Counted from the stretch's first letter, positions 29,093-39,466 are shown. The stretch: DNA of 64,000 nt from Candidatus Omnitrophota bacterium (GCA_903908245.1 CAIVRE010000011.1:2411-66410); one strand, 5' to 3'. Notes: a model not told the origin generated them from the sequence alone. Numbers and translations are program-made.

Positions 29093-29878
29093 ATGGATCT
29101 GAAGATCAAAGGCAAAGTTGCGCTGGTGACCGGAGGTACTCACGGGATCGGAAGAGCGATCGCACTTGCGTTGGCCGCGGAAGGCTGCAAGGTGGCCGTT
29201 TGTTCCCGCACGCCGGAGCGCGTGCAGGGCATGGGGGAAGAATTGCGGCAAACGGGCGTTGAATACCTCTCTCTTCAGGCCGATGTCATGCTCGAGGCTG
29301 ACATTGACCGTGTGATGAAGACGGTAACGGACCGTTGGGGGGCATTGCACATCCTGGTCAATAATGTCGGCGGCGGCGGCCGTTGGGGCAGCGATATCAT
29401 TGAAGAGACCGCTGAACGGGTCTGGACAGAAGTCTATGAAAAGAACGTGCTGGCATCTATCCGCTTTACGACCCGGGCTCTCCCCCTCATGCGCCGCCAG
29501 AAATGGGGGCGGGTCATTGCGATCACGTCCATCTTCGGGCGTGAAAGCGGCGGGCGGCCGTGGTTCTGCATGGCCAAGAGCGCCCAGACAAGTTTCATGA
29601 AGGCCATGGCCAAGAAAGATTATTTGATCAAGGACGGGTTGACATTCAACAGCGTGGCGCCGGGGGCTATCATGATCCCCTCGACGGGCTGGGAGAAGAC
29701 CCAGAAGGAAAAGCCCGGTGAGATGGATGATTTTATCCGCCGCGAGCTTCCCCTGGGCCGTTTGGGCACTCCCGAAGAAGTGGGCAGTGTGGTGGCATTC
29801 CTGTGCAGTGATGTGGCGTCCCTGGTCAACGGGGCGTCCATTCCGGTCGATGGCGGACAAAGTAAAAGCATGATTTAG
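29093..29878 (+). CDS. SDR family oxidoreductase (FabG-like)
   Basis: TGGTHGIG motif, classical SDR length. Confidence 0.8.
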   Translation: MDLKIKGKVALVTGGTHGIGRAIALALAAEGCKVAVCSRTPERVQGMGEELRQTGVEYLSLQADVMLEADIDRVMKTVTDRWGALHILVNNVGGGGRWGSDIIEETAERVWTEVYEKNVLASIRFTTRALPLMRRQKWGRVIAITSIFGRESGGRPWFCMAKSAQTSFMKAMAKKDYLIKDGLTFNSVAPGAIMIPSTGWEKTQKEKPGEMDDFIRRELPLGRLGTPEEVGSVVAFLCSDVASLVNGASIPVDGGQSKSMI

Positions 29879-29888
29879 AAAGGGATCC

Positions 29889-30584
29889 ATGGCAGATCAG
29901 GTGAAGGGACAGCCCAAAGTCACTCTTATTCTTTTTACGTGGAACGAGATCGACGGCATGCGTGCGGTGATGCCGGCTATCAAGAAAGAGTGGTATGACC
30001 AGTTGATCATTGTCGACGGCGGTTCTACCGACGGGACAGTGGAGTACGCGAAAGAGAACGGATATTATATTTTTCAACAGAGCGCGCCCGGAGCCGGCGT
30101 GGCTTTCCTGGAATCCATGGCGAAAGCCACGGGGGATATCGTGGTCACGTTCAGTCCCGACGGAAATTCCATGCCGGAGAAGATCCCCGAGGTGGTGGCC
30201 AAAATGCGCGAAGGCTATGATGTTGTCATTGTTTCGCGTTATCTGGACGGCGCAAAAAGTTATGATGATGATGCGGTGACGGCTTTCGGCAACTGGCTTT
30301 TTACGACGATCATCAGCGTCCTGTTCCAGGTGCGGGTCACGGATTCGCTGGTCATGTACCGCGCCATGAGGGGTGATATTGTTGAACGGCTCGGCATTAG
30401 TACGCACACTGTGTCCTGGGGGACCCAGCTTCTGGCGCGGGCCGCGCGCAAGAAGCTGCGGATCGGCGAGATCCCCGGTGACGAGCCGGCGCGTATCGGC
30501 GGTGTCCGCAAGATGCAGCCGCTGAAGAACGGCATCGCGGAGTTGACCATGATCATCAGGGAATTCTTTAACTGGAATTATTGA
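29889..30584 (+). CDS. family 2 glycosyltransferase (polyprenyl-phosphate sugar synthase / Dpm1-ArnC-like)
   Basis: GT-A fold N-terminus, DGGSTDGT motif; soluble 231 aa. Confidence 0.7.
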   Translation: MADQVKGQPKVTLILFTWNEIDGMRAVMPAIKKEWYDQLIIVDGGSTDGTVEYAKENGYYIFQQSAPGAGVAFLESMAKATGDIVVTFSPDGNSMPEKIPEVVAKMREGYDVVIVSRYLDGAKSYDDDAVTAFGNWLFTTIISVLFQVRVTDSLVMYRAMRGDIVERLGISTHTVSWGTQLLARAARKKLRIGEIPGDEPARIGGVRKMQPLKNGIAELTMIIREFFNWNY

Positions 30585-30585
30585 A

Positions 30586-31554
30586 ATGTCTTTCTTCGCG
30601 GGTAAAAAGATCCTGGTGACAGGAGCGACGGGGTTCATTGGCTTCAACCTTCTGGAGCGCCTGTTGACGCAGGGGGCGCGTGTCCGTGCGGTGGTGCATT
30701 CCAGGGAAGCGGCCGTCCGTGACCCGCGGGTAGAATATGTCCGTGGGGACCTGACTCTCATGGATGATTGCCGGCGCGCGGCCAGCGGAGTTGAACTGGT
30801 GTTCCACTGTGCGGCCAGCACATCAGGCGCGGCGGTGATCGAACGGACACCTTTGGTGCATGTGACCCCGAATATCGTGATGAACGCGCAACTTCTGGAG
30901 GCGGCGTACCAGGCTGGCGTCAAAAAGTTCTTGTGGATCAGCAGTTCAACTGGTTATCCGGATACAGGTGACCGCCCGGTGGCGGAATCCGAGATGATGC
31001 GGGGGGATCCGTACGATAAATATTATCATGTCGGCTGGATGAAGCGTTACAGCGAGATCCTTTGCCGGACTTACGGCGAGAAGGTCACTCCGCCCATGAT
31101 GACCGTTGTTTTGAGGCCGACGAATATTTACGGTGAGCATGATGATTTTGACCCGCGGACATCCCATGTCTTCGCCGCGCTTGTCCGCAAGGTCATTGAA
31201 CGGCAGGCGCCTCTTGAGGTCTGGGGGACCGGCGATGATATCCGGGACCTTGTTCATGTGCAGGATCTTGTTGATGCCATGCTCATTGCCATGGAAAAGG
31301 TCCAGCGGCATGATGTTTTTAATATTGGTCTCGGGAAAGGTTATAGCGTGAAGGACCTCTTGAGGCGTATGTTGTCTGTGGAAGGGTATACACAGGCGCA
31401 GGTCGTTTTTAATTTGTCGAAGCCGACAATGATCCCCGTGCGGATGGTGGATATTTCAAAAGCGGAGAAAGTTCTGGGATTCTCGCCAAAGATCGACATT
31501 GACGACGGGATCCGCCGGACAATGGCCTGGTATAAAAAGGGAAAGGGCCTTTAG
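30586..31554 (+). CDS. NAD-dependent epimerase/dehydratase (GDP-fucose synthase / UDP-sugar epimerase-like)
   Basis: VTGATGFIG Rossmann motif, YxxxK. Confidence 0.8.
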   Translation: MSFFAGKKILVTGATGFIGFNLLERLLTQGARVRAVVHSREAAVRDPRVEYVRGDLTLMDDCRRAASGVELVFHCAASTSGAAVIERTPLVHVTPNIVMNAQLLEAAYQAGVKKFLWISSSTGYPDTGDRPVAESEMMRGDPYDKYYHVGWMKRYSEILCRTYGEKVTPPMMTVVLRPTNIYGEHDDFDPRTSHVFAALVRKVIERQAPLEVWGTGDDIRDLVHVQDLVDAMLIAMEKVQRHDVFNIGLGKGYSVKDLLRRMLSVEGYTQAQVVFNLSKPTMIPVRMVDISKAEKVLGFSPKIDIDDGIRRTMAWYKKGKGL

Positions 31555-31555
31555 T

Positions 31556-33112
31556 ATGCCGTTCAGCCATTTATCAACGGATGCGGATGTGATCCTGGTT
31601 TATCCAAGGACCGGCGTTGACCTTGGCGCGACCATTGCTCCGCCGCATGGGTTGCTATCCTTGGCGGCGCCTTTACTTCACAAGGGGTACAAGGTCAGGA
31701 TCATTGACCAGCGGGTCGATCCGCTGTGGCGTGCCCATTTGACAGACGCCTTGCAGAAACGCCCGGTGTGTGTGGGGATATCCACGATGACGGGCACGCA
31801 GATCGCTTTTGCCCTTGAAGCGGCGAAACTTGTCCGGGAGACTGTGGGCGGGAAAGTCCCGCTGGTGTGGGGCGGGGCCCATCCGTCGAGCCTTCCGGAA
31901 CAGACCGTTGAAAGTGAATATGTGGATATTGTCTGTTCCGGTGAAGGGGATATCACTTTTGTGGAATTGGTGGACGCGCTGGCAGGGCATAAGCCGTTGA
32001 ACGGGGTTTCGGGCATTGTATTCAAGGATGGCGGTGCGGTGGTCACGACCCCGGCGCGCCCGCTGCTGGATGTCGAGTTGCTTTTCCCGACACCCTGGGA
32101 ACTGATCGACGTCGAGAAATATATTCACCGGGATTTTTATTTAAAGAACACTTACCGCAGCATGGACATCGGGCAGACGTCCCGTGGCTGTCCCTTCCTG
32201 TGCGGGTTCTGTTCCAGCGCGAGCCTGCGCCAGCGGCGCTGGCGGGCCATGTCGATCGAAAAGTCGCTCGAGGTCATCCTGGAGCCTGTCAAAAGGTTCA
32301 AGCTCGACAGCATCTGGATACGGGATGATGAATTTTATATTTCGCCTGAACGGGTGCACGGGATCTGCGAAGGCATTATCAACAGCGGCATCAAATTGCG
32401 CTGGTATTCTTCGGGGACGCGCGTGGATGTTTTTAACCGTTCCAGTTCCGGGCTTCTGGAGATCATCAAGCGCAGCGGTGCGGATACCCTCAAACTCGGC
32501 GCCGAGTCCGGGTCGGACCGTATCCTGAAGTTGATGAACAAGGGTATTTGCCGGGCGGATACGCTTAAGGCCAACCTCAAAGCGCGTGATCACGGGATCA
32601 TTCCGGTTTACGCCCTCATCATCGGGTTCCCGACGGAGACATTCGAGGACATCCACCAGACCATTGGCCTTTTTGTTCAGCTCAAGAGGGAGAATCCCCG
32701 TGCGCAGTTCGAGCTGATCGGGGCTTATACCGCTTTGCCGAAAACGCCGCTCTATGACCTGGCCATTGAGCATGGCCTTAAACCGCCGCAACGCCTGGAA
32801 GACTGGGTTGACTGGCTTTCGGATGATTATGACCTGACCGGCCAGAAGCTTCCGTGGTTCACTGCCAGGCAGCGGGAATATATCGGGAATATTACTTACA
32901 TGAGTTTATTGGCGAATGCTTCGGGCAATGCCGTTAACAGTATCGGGGATCATTTTTTACGGAATCTTCTCAAGTTCTTTATTACACCGGTCAGTCATTT
33001 TGAGCGGTTCAAGCTGATACGCCGCTGGTATCAATGGGCGCCGGAGATGCAGGTCATCCGGCGTGTACGCCAGGCGGTCTTCTATAAGAAAGAATCTTCG
33101 GGTCCCGCGTGA
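31556..33112 (+). CDS. B12-binding (class B) radical SAM protein
   Basis: Start at MPFSHL 1 nt after epimerase stop; cobalamin-binding domain; CPFLCGFC motif. Confidence 0.8.
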   Translation: MPFSHLSTDADVILVYPRTGVDLGATIAPPHGLLSLAAPLLHKGYKVRIIDQRVDPLWRAHLTDALQKRPVCVGISTMTGTQIAFALEAAKLVRETVGGKVPLVWGGAHPSSLPEQTVESEYVDIVCSGEGDITFVELVDALAGHKPLNGVSGIVFKDGGAVVTTPARPLLDVELLFPTPWELIDVEKYIHRDFYLKNTYRSMDIGQTSRGCPFLCGFCSSASLRQRRWRAMSIEKSLEVILEPVKRFKLDSIWIRDDEFYISPERVHGICEGIINSGIKLRWYSSGTRVDVFNRSSSGLLEIIKRSGADTLKLGAESGSDRILKLMNKGICRADTLKANLKARDHGIIPVYALIIGFPTETFEDIHQTIGLFVQLKRENPRAQFELIGAYTALPKTPLYDLAIEHGLKPPQRLEDWVDWLSDDYDLTGQKLPWFTARQREYIGNITYMSLLANASGNAVNSIGDHFLRNLLKFFITPVSHFERFKLIRRWYQWAPEMQVIRRVRQAVFYKKESSGPA

Positions 33113-34581
33113 AGATCCTTCTGATCTATCCACAGTATTCGCACAGCAGTGAATTCGATTCCCGGGCGCCGTCGATGGCGCTTTTTTATCTGGCGGCGTC
33201 CCTGGAGAAACAGGGGCATACGGTCCGTGTTTTTGACGCATCGCTCGGGCCGATTACGCGGACGGGCAATGTGTTCCGTTACGGCCTGTCGCATGAAGAA
33301 GTCGCGGATGTTTTAAAAGCGGAAATTTTTGACCTGGCGGGTATCAGTTGTTCTTTTACAGCCCGTTGGCCTTTTGTGCGCAAGGTTGCGGAACAGATCA
33401 AGGAGATATATCCCGGTAAGCCGGTTTTGATCGGGGGGTTATACCCAACCTATGCCTGGGAAGATTGCCTTCGTTCCTGCCCGTCGGTCGATGTTGTCCT
33501 TTTGGGAGAAGGAGAACAAAGTTTCGGCCAGTTGGCTTCGGGGATGCAGAAGGGGCTTGGCCTTGCTGATGCCTGCAGAGGAATTGACGGTATTTCCTGG
33601 CGAAAGGCGGATATATTTCAGGTTAACCCAAAAACGAACTATATTGATGCTCTTGATGATCTGCCGTTCCCCTCGTGGCATCTGGCGGACCTGAAAACAT
33701 ATTTTCGTCTGCAGAAAAGCATTTTTGAGCTGCCGGCGCCGTGCCTGCCCATCCTTTCATCGAGAAGCTGTCCGTTCCGGTGTTCTTTCTGTAACATGTA
33801 TATTACCCATGGCCGGCGCTGGCGTGCCCGTTCGGCTGTTAATGTCCTTGATGAACTGCAGTATCTGGTGAAGACCTTTGGCGTCCGGCGGTTTTACTTT
33901 GTGGATGACAATTTCAGTATTGACCTTGAACGGGCGAAAACGATCTGCCGCGGGATCATAGATCGGAAACTCGGGATCAAGTATAATTTTCATAACGGTT
34001 TGAGCATCAAGACCATTGATCGCGAGTTGGTGGAGTTGATGAAAAAGAGCGGCTGTACGAGTGTTTGCCTGGCGATCGAATCCGGCAGCGAGCGGGTGCG
34101 CAACGCGATCTACCGCAAAGGCCTTCCGACACAAAAGATCAAGGATGTGGTCGGCTGGTTCCTTAAGGCGGGGATCCCGACCATCGGGTATTTCATGGTC
34201 GGGGCACCGGGAGAGACGAAGGACGATTTTTTGATGAGCCGGGACCTGGTGGCAACGCTTCCGCTGTCGCTGATAACAGTGGGGATCTATACGCCGTATC
34301 CGCAGACCGAATTGTATGATGAGTGCAAGAAGCGCGGCTGGCTCAAAGAGCCCGGGGCCAATGAAGAGGGGCGGGTGGAAATGTTCTCGACGATGCTGCA
34401 AACGCCGGATTTTACCGTTGATGAGGTGGGGGCCTGGCAAAAAGAGCTGTATTTAACATTCATTCGTCACCATTGGCCGACGTTGATCAGGGAGCTGGTG
34501 CGCCCTTGGGGCGTGGTTAACATGGATATGATCGGGAAGTTCCTGGGGATGATCCGGTTCCGGTCTTTTTTACGCAAATAA
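33109..34581 (+). CDS. B12-binding (class B) radical SAM protein
   Basis: GTG start overlapping previous stop; CPFRCSFC motif; B12-binding N-terminus. Confidence 0.8.
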   Translation: MKILLIYPQYSHSSEFDSRAPSMALFYLAASLEKQGHTVRVFDASLGPITRTGNVFRYGLSHEEVADVLKAEIFDLAGISCSFTARWPFVRKVAEQIKEIYPGKPVLIGGLYPTYAWEDCLRSCPSVDVVLLGEGEQSFGQLASGMQKGLGLADACRGIDGISWRKADIFQVNPKTNYIDALDDLPFPSWHLADLKTYFRLQKSIFELPAPCLPILSSRSCPFRCSFCNMYITHGRRWRARSAVNVLDELQYLVKTFGVRRFYFVDDNFSIDLERAKTICRGIIDRKLGIKYNFHNGLSIKTIDRELVELMKKSGCTSVCLAIESGSERVRNAIYRKGLPTQKIKDVVGWFLKAGIPTIGYFMVGAPGETKDDFLMSRDLVATLPLSLITVGIYTPYPQTELYDECKKRGWLKEPGANEEGRVEMFSTMLQTPDFTVDEVGAWQKELYLTFIRHHWPTLIRELVRPWGVVNMDMIGKFLGMIRFRSFLRK

Positions 34582-34593
34582 AAGCAGGCGCGC

Positions 34594-35634
34594 ATGTTTA
34601 AATATCTTCGCTATTTTTGTTCGATCGTGGCTGGCCATGTTCTGCGCCGGGATATCCCGATCCTTGTTACTTTGTGTGTGACCCATCGTTGCAATATGCG
34701 GTGTATTTATTGTTACGGGCATTTTTACGACCGCAAGGAACCGGATATGTCGACGGAGGACATCCTTCGTTTGATCGATGAAATGGCAGCCGCGGGGACA
34801 CGTTATATTTCGCTCAACGGCGGTGAGGCTCTTTTGAGGGATGATATCGGCGTGATCGTGGACAGGATCCGGTCCAAAGGCATCCTTTGCCATTTGAGTA
34901 CGAACGGGTTATTGATCAGGAACAGGATCGATGTCTTAAGGAAGATCGATTCGCTGGCGGTCAGTATCGACGGGGTAGGCCGGGAGAACGATCTCAACCG
35001 CGGGCAGGGGACATATGCTAGGATCCTCGACGGGCTTTCTTTTCTGCGCGAACAGGGCATTCACTTTCATACGCATACGGTCATTACACGGCATAATGCG
35101 GGAGCGCTGGAGGCGATCCTGGGGCTGGCTGAAAAGTTCGGGTCCCGGGCGCAATTTAGCCTGTGCAGGGTGGCCGATTCGCCTTCCAAGGACATTGGGC
35201 TGGGGGATGAGCAGTTAAAGTGCGTTGTCCACAATATCCTTGAGTTGAAAAGACTGGGCCGCCCGGTATTCTTTTCCGGGCAGGCGTATGAAACGTACCT
35301 TTCCTGGCCGTTCTCTTATGATGTGATCAAAGTCGACGAAAAAAGCACGCCCTCGTTCCCTTCTGCTCCGCCGTGCTATGTCAAGCGGTTCTCCTGCCAT
35401 ATTGAACCTGACGGGGCCGTGTATCCCTGTATTGTATTGTCCGGTAAAGGCCCGGCGTTGAATGCCAGGAAGTCAGGCTTTGCGGAAGTCTGGCGGCAGG
35501 TCACAAAGAGCCCCTGCCGGGCGTGTTACAACATTTGTTGTAACGACCTCAATCATATCTTCAGCCTTAATTTCGATTCGATCAGGAATGCCTGTGGGGT
35601 TGTTTTGGGGCGTTTTCTTCCGGTGAAGAAATAA
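34594..35634 (+). CDS. radical SAM protein with SPASM/twitch-like C-terminus
   Basis: CNMRCIYC after LCVTHRC, GGEALL, C-terminal Cys cluster (CYVKRFSCH...YPC). Confidence 0.75.
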   Translation: MFKYLRYFCSIVAGHVLRRDIPILVTLCVTHRCNMRCIYCYGHFYDRKEPDMSTEDILRLIDEMAAAGTRYISLNGGEALLRDDIGVIVDRIRSKGILCHLSTNGLLIRNRIDVLRKIDSLAVSIDGVGRENDLNRGQGTYARILDGLSFLREQGIHFHTHTVITRHNAGALEAILGLAEKFGSRAQFSLCRVADSPSKDIGLGDEQLKCVVHNILELKRLGRPVFFSGQAYETYLSWPFSYDVIKVDEKSTPSFPSAPPCYVKRFSCHIEPDGAVYPCIVLSGKGPALNARKSGFAEVWRQVTKSPCRACYNICCNDLNHIFSLNFDSIRNACGVVLGRFLPVKK

Positions 35635-35643
35635 CGGCGGGAT

Positions 35644-37923
35644 CTAAAGGGGATCCGGACGGCGCCCGAAGCCTTGTTTGAAGAGATAAAGGACCGCTCC
35701 CGCGATCATCGATATTAAAAGTAAAAGCGCCGTGATGCTCACCCATTGGACCGTTGTCCCGAAAACAAATCGTACCGTCGAGTGCCCGTAAGGGATCATG
35801 ACCGCTTTATATCCGATATTCGTTTGAATGACCGGCTGGCGCTTGCCGTTGACAAAAGCGCTCCAGTTCGGGTCGTAGGCGTCGGCGTAGTACAGGAAAC
35901 CGTTCTGCCCGGGTTTTTCTTCCAGGGCCACATCCACCACCAGTTCGTTGAAAGAGAAAGTTTTGACCTTGATGGGGGCAGAGACAGCTCTGTCATTGGA
36001 GTTGGCGAACGCCCGTGAAGATGTTATACGCAGGACGTCTTTGGGAAGGGGCTGCCCGCCTTTGTTAAGGCTCGCGGGTGTTGTGAAGATCATATTCCCG
36101 GCGAATTCCGGCAGGCAGATGATCCTGAGCAGGTCGGCATTATCCGGTGCGATATTGATGTGTGAAAAAAAGGCGATCTTGTTGCTGTTGAATCCCGAGA
36201 CAGCCTCCAGGATCTTGAACGCGTTTGGTTTGGCCACGATCGCGGCGTTATATTCCATGACCGACCTCTCGGCATAGTCGGTGCGAAAAATGGAAACGAT
36301 ATTGTCTGTGAACAGGAAAGTGTCGGTTGTGTCGTAAAGGGACCCTACCCGCGGCTCGGCGCTCAGGACAGGCAGAAGGATGGCGGAACGCCCGTTTAAG
36401 GTGTTCTTGGTGATGTCCAGGGCGCGTTGTTCGGGGAACGCGTAGGCATACGGGTCAAAGAGTTCAAGGAGGTTCTTTTCAGCGACGGGCATCCGGGTAA
36501 CGATATAGGAATAGCGGTAGAACCAGAGGTCGCAGGAGAGAAGGAGCATGATAATAAAAAAGAACATTTTTGCCTGCCGGTGCTGAAGGATGAAATACAA
36601 AGAGATCAGCGAAAGCAGGAGCAGCGCGAGGAGCCTGGCCGGAAGAAGATCAATAAAGATCCTGTCAAAAGAGGTCATGTGCCAGAACGTTTCCTGGAGC
36701 TGCAGGGCATCCCTGGAAAGCCCCTGGACCGGGATGAAAAGAAAAGCCATGGGCCAGAGTTTTTTTAATTTTGGGAACATGTCTTTTTCGAAGAATTTCG
36801 CGACGCCGAAGCCGGCGTAAAAGACCATGAACAGCTTGGCGACCGGGGCGGTCAGGCCGATGTGCCGGAAACAATTCCCCATGGGGAAAGCGTAATAGAA
36901 CGTCCGGCTTACGACGGAATCCATGCTGAACAGGAAGAGGATGCCGGCCGTACCAAGCAGGACAAGTGCGCGAGGTTCGCGCACATAGAAGATCGCGATG
37001 AGCGCAAAGAACCAGGTCAGGAATCCGCAGTAAAGATTGTTGTCGATATTCTGGTTGCCGGGGTAGCGGGTGAAAGCCGCGTCGAGTTTTCCGAAGCCGG
37101 TATGCCCGCCGTAGGTCAGGAAATTGTCCAGGGGGACGATCCCTGAATCCGAACGGGCGGCCCCCAGGTAATAGATATTGTTACGCCCGTAGATAAAATA
37201 ATAGAGCCCTATTGCGGCAACAAGAAGGAAGGCCAACAGGACGATAATATGCCTGAGGCGGATATTTTTCAGGACCCCCTCCAGGTCATGGTGTTCCATG
37301 ATGATCAGCGGTATGGCGTAAACGAGGACCACAAAGAACGTGAAGATCGAGTCTTGCGGCGGGTTATTGACAACGGATAAAAGTCCCAGTGCGAATGCAC
37401 ACAGCAGAAAGTTCGGCTGGCGGGAATCAAGCCAGCGGTGGATGGCGTATAAGAGGAGAGGCAGGAAATAAAAGTTCTGAAAATTCCACCATATTTGCGG
37501 ATACCAGATGGTGCTGCCGATCAGCGCGAAGGTGGTGAACCAGACGGGCTTGCTTGAGCGGTAATAGACTGTCCCCAGGAGAATGGTCCCGCCGAGGAAT
37601 AACATCTCGTAGCAGAATATCTGGGCGTAGACCATGTAAACGGCGTTCATTTTGATGCCGATGAACCCGAATAAATAATAGAGAGGGGAAAGAAGGTGTA
37701 AAAGGGCGGTGAAGAAATAATTCCCCGGCAGGCCGTGCGAAAGGAACGGGAACCAGAGCGGCAGGGTTTTATGCTGGACCAGTTCATTGTAATAGATGTA
37801 TTGGAGTTGAAGATACTGGAATGTGTCGTGGCTTATTGGGACGCGGTTCTGGATAATAAGACAGAAATAGGTAAGCCCCAGGAAGATACTGCCGGCAAGA
37901 AGGATCCAGTGCGTCTTACGCAT
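35644..37923 (-). CDS. large polytopic membrane protein, YfhO/GT-C-like putative glycosyltransferase
   Basis: ~760 aa, >12 predicted TM helices by hydrophobicity, large C-terminal soluble domain; only 9-nt convergent gap to upstream rSAM gene. Confidence 0.5.
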   Translation of the reverse strand: MRKTHWILLAGSIFLGLTYFCLIIQNRVPISHDTFQYLQLQYIYYNELVQHKTLPLWFPFLSHGLPGNYFFTALLHLLSPLYYLFGFIGIKMNAVYMVYAQIFCYEMLFLGGTILLGTVYYRSSKPVWFTTFALIGSTIWYPQIWWNFQNFYFLPLLLYAIHRWLDSRQPNFLLCAFALGLLSVVNNPPQDSIFTFFVVLVYAIPLIIMEHHDLEGVLKNIRLRHIIVLLAFLLVAAIGLYYFIYGRNNIYYLGAARSDSGIVPLDNFLTYGGHTGFGKLDAAFTRYPGNQNIDNNLYCGFLTWFFALIAIFYVREPRALVLLGTAGILFLFSMDSVVSRTFYYAFPMGNCFRHIGLTAPVAKLFMVFYAGFGVAKFFEKDMFPKLKKLWPMAFLFIPVQGLSRDALQLQETFWHMTSFDRIFIDLLPARLLALLLLSLISLYFILQHRQAKMFFFIIMLLLSCDLWFYRYSYIVTRMPVAEKNLLELFDPYAYAFPEQRALDITKNTLNGRSAILLPVLSAEPRVGSLYDTTDTFLFTDNIVSIFRTDYAERSVMEYNAAIVAKPNAFKILEAVSGFNSNKIAFFSHINIAPDNADLLRIICLPEFAGNMIFTTPASLNKGGQPLPKDVLRITSSRAFANSNDRAVSAPIKVKTFSFNELVVDVALEEKPGQNGFLYYADAYDPNWSAFVNGKRQPVIQTNIGYKAVMIPYGHSTVRFVFGTTVQWVSITALLLLISMIAGAVLYLFKQGFGRRPDPL

Positions 37924-39379
37924 GGGCGGGATCTTCAATGATCCGGCGGCGCAAAGGGGTTTTGATCATATTTAAAATGTGTTCGCGGGTCTGGAGGCCG
38001 AACTTGCGTTCGATCATATCCAGATATTCCGGCCGGCTGTGGTAGCGTATAAAAGAATCATCGCGGAACTTCAGGACTTGAGCTGGAGAAAGTTCCCGGC
38101 TGCCCATGGGGATACATTCGTAGCCGTAAAGGGAGTATTCTTTCCAGGTCTTTGGGATCTTGAGCTGGTTGAAAAGGACAGTGCCGGGGTAGGCGAAGAC
38201 CGGGTATATATTGGCCCATTCGAAATTGTAACGGACCAGGAAGTCGTAGGTTTGCTGCATGGTGTTGGCCGTTTCTTCCCAAAGCCCGCAAACGACATCG
38301 GCACAAATGGAAAGGCCTTCTTCCTGGGTATCCCGAATAACGCGGTCCACATCGGTATCATGGATCCCTTTGCGGGCGTCTTTTAACAGGGCTGCTGCCG
38401 AGGATTCGAAACCATAGGAGATCCAGTTCAGCCCGACTTTCTTGAGGCGTTTGAGCAGGCGGCGGTTGATGGTGTCAACGCGTGAATAGGCCCACATATT
38501 GAGATCGTAACCTTTGGGCTCCAGGAGGTCGCAGAATTCATCCATGCGTTTGTCATTCACTACGAAAAGTTCGTCGAGGATCTTGATGTGGCGGACGCCG
38601 TATTTTTCCCTCAGCAGGCTTATCTCGTCGACAACATTGGCCATGCTGCGGAAGCGCTGGGTGCGTTTTCCAAAAAGATTATTGATGGAACAGAAATTGC
38701 ACGAGAACGGACAGCCGAAGCTGGTCCAGACAATGGCGTAAGGGGTGCGGTGGTCCAGGTCGCCGAACGTGTGCCAGTTGTGCGCGCGGTAATTCGCGGG
38801 CTTCATAAGCTCCCAGTCGATCGGGGGGAGCGTGTTCAGGTCATTCAAGAGGACGGCATCCGGTGTCTGATGATACCCGGCTTGCGCGTCAAGATAGGAA
38901 ATCCCGGGGATATTGTCGACCGGAAGTCTTTCTTTAACAGAGCGGAATAAAGCCGGAATGGTTTCCCAGCCTTCATTGCGGACGACAAAGTCGGCGCCTG
39001 TTTCCCGCAGGGTCCTCTCCGGCAGTACTGTCGGATGCGGGCCCCAGACAAATGTTTTCAGTCCGGTGTTGCGGGCGTTGAACTTTTCATAGAATGCGTT
39101 GACCCCGGCCATCGCCATGGTGGAAGACGCCGGGTTGGCGCCCGTGCAGATAACGCCGGTGAGCGCCGGTTTCTTTGTTTCGATGATGGCGATCAACTCG
39201 TCGATAAGGATATTGTCGACGTCAGCTTCAATGATCTCAACGTGAAGGCCTTTGGCTTTAAGGGAACTGTTCAAAAGCCCTTGCTGGATGTTGGGAGGGA
39301 CTGAAGAATATACGTCGGAAGTGGCGGCGTAAAGGTCTTTTTTGAAATTGATCGTTGTCAGCAGAATGAGGTCGTTCAT
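37916..39379 (-). CDS. B12-binding (class B) radical SAM protein
   Basis: CPFSCNFC motif; N-terminal B12-binding domain; 8-nt overlap with downstream membrane protein gene. Confidence 0.8.
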   Translation of the reverse strand: MNDLILLTTINFKKDLYAATSDVYSSVPPNIQQGLLNSSLKAKGLHVEIIEADVDNILIDELIAIIETKKPALTGVICTGANPASSTMAMAGVNAFYEKFNARNTGLKTFVWGPHPTVLPERTLRETGADFVVRNEGWETIPALFRSVKERLPVDNIPGISYLDAQAGYHQTPDAVLLNDLNTLPPIDWELMKPANYRAHNWHTFGDLDHRTPYAIVWTSFGCPFSCNFCSINNLFGKRTQRFRSMANVVDEISLLREKYGVRHIKILDELFVVNDKRMDEFCDLLEPKGYDLNMWAYSRVDTINRRLLKRLKKVGLNWISYGFESSAAALLKDARKGIHDTDVDRVIRDTQEEGLSICADVVCGLWEETANTMQQTYDFLVRYNFEWANIYPVFAYPGTVLFNQLKIPKTWKEYSLYGYECIPMGSRELSPAQVLKFRDDSFIRYHSRPEYLDMIERKFGLQTREHILNMIKTPLRRRIIEDPAHA

Positions 39380-39445
39380 AAATATTGCGGTTATATTAAC
39401 ATGAGTAAAATTTTCCCGGAAGCACTATTTCCAGATTTATACCTT

Positions 39446-39466
39446 CCTTCATCCCGGGGATGAAGG
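39446..39466 (+). promoter_or_regulatory. perfect 10-bp inverted repeat (CCTTCATCCC-G-GGGATGAAGG) overlapping the Shine-Dalgarno of a small ORF
   Basis: Read directly; right arm contains GAAGG of the AGGAGG SD upstream of ATG 39474; lies in divergent intergenic region. Confidence 0.5.

Noticed and set aside
29826-30923. 365-aa minus-strand ORF spanning SDR/GT2/epimerase genes
   Set aside because: Antisense shadow ORF crossing three independent, well-supported + strand genes.
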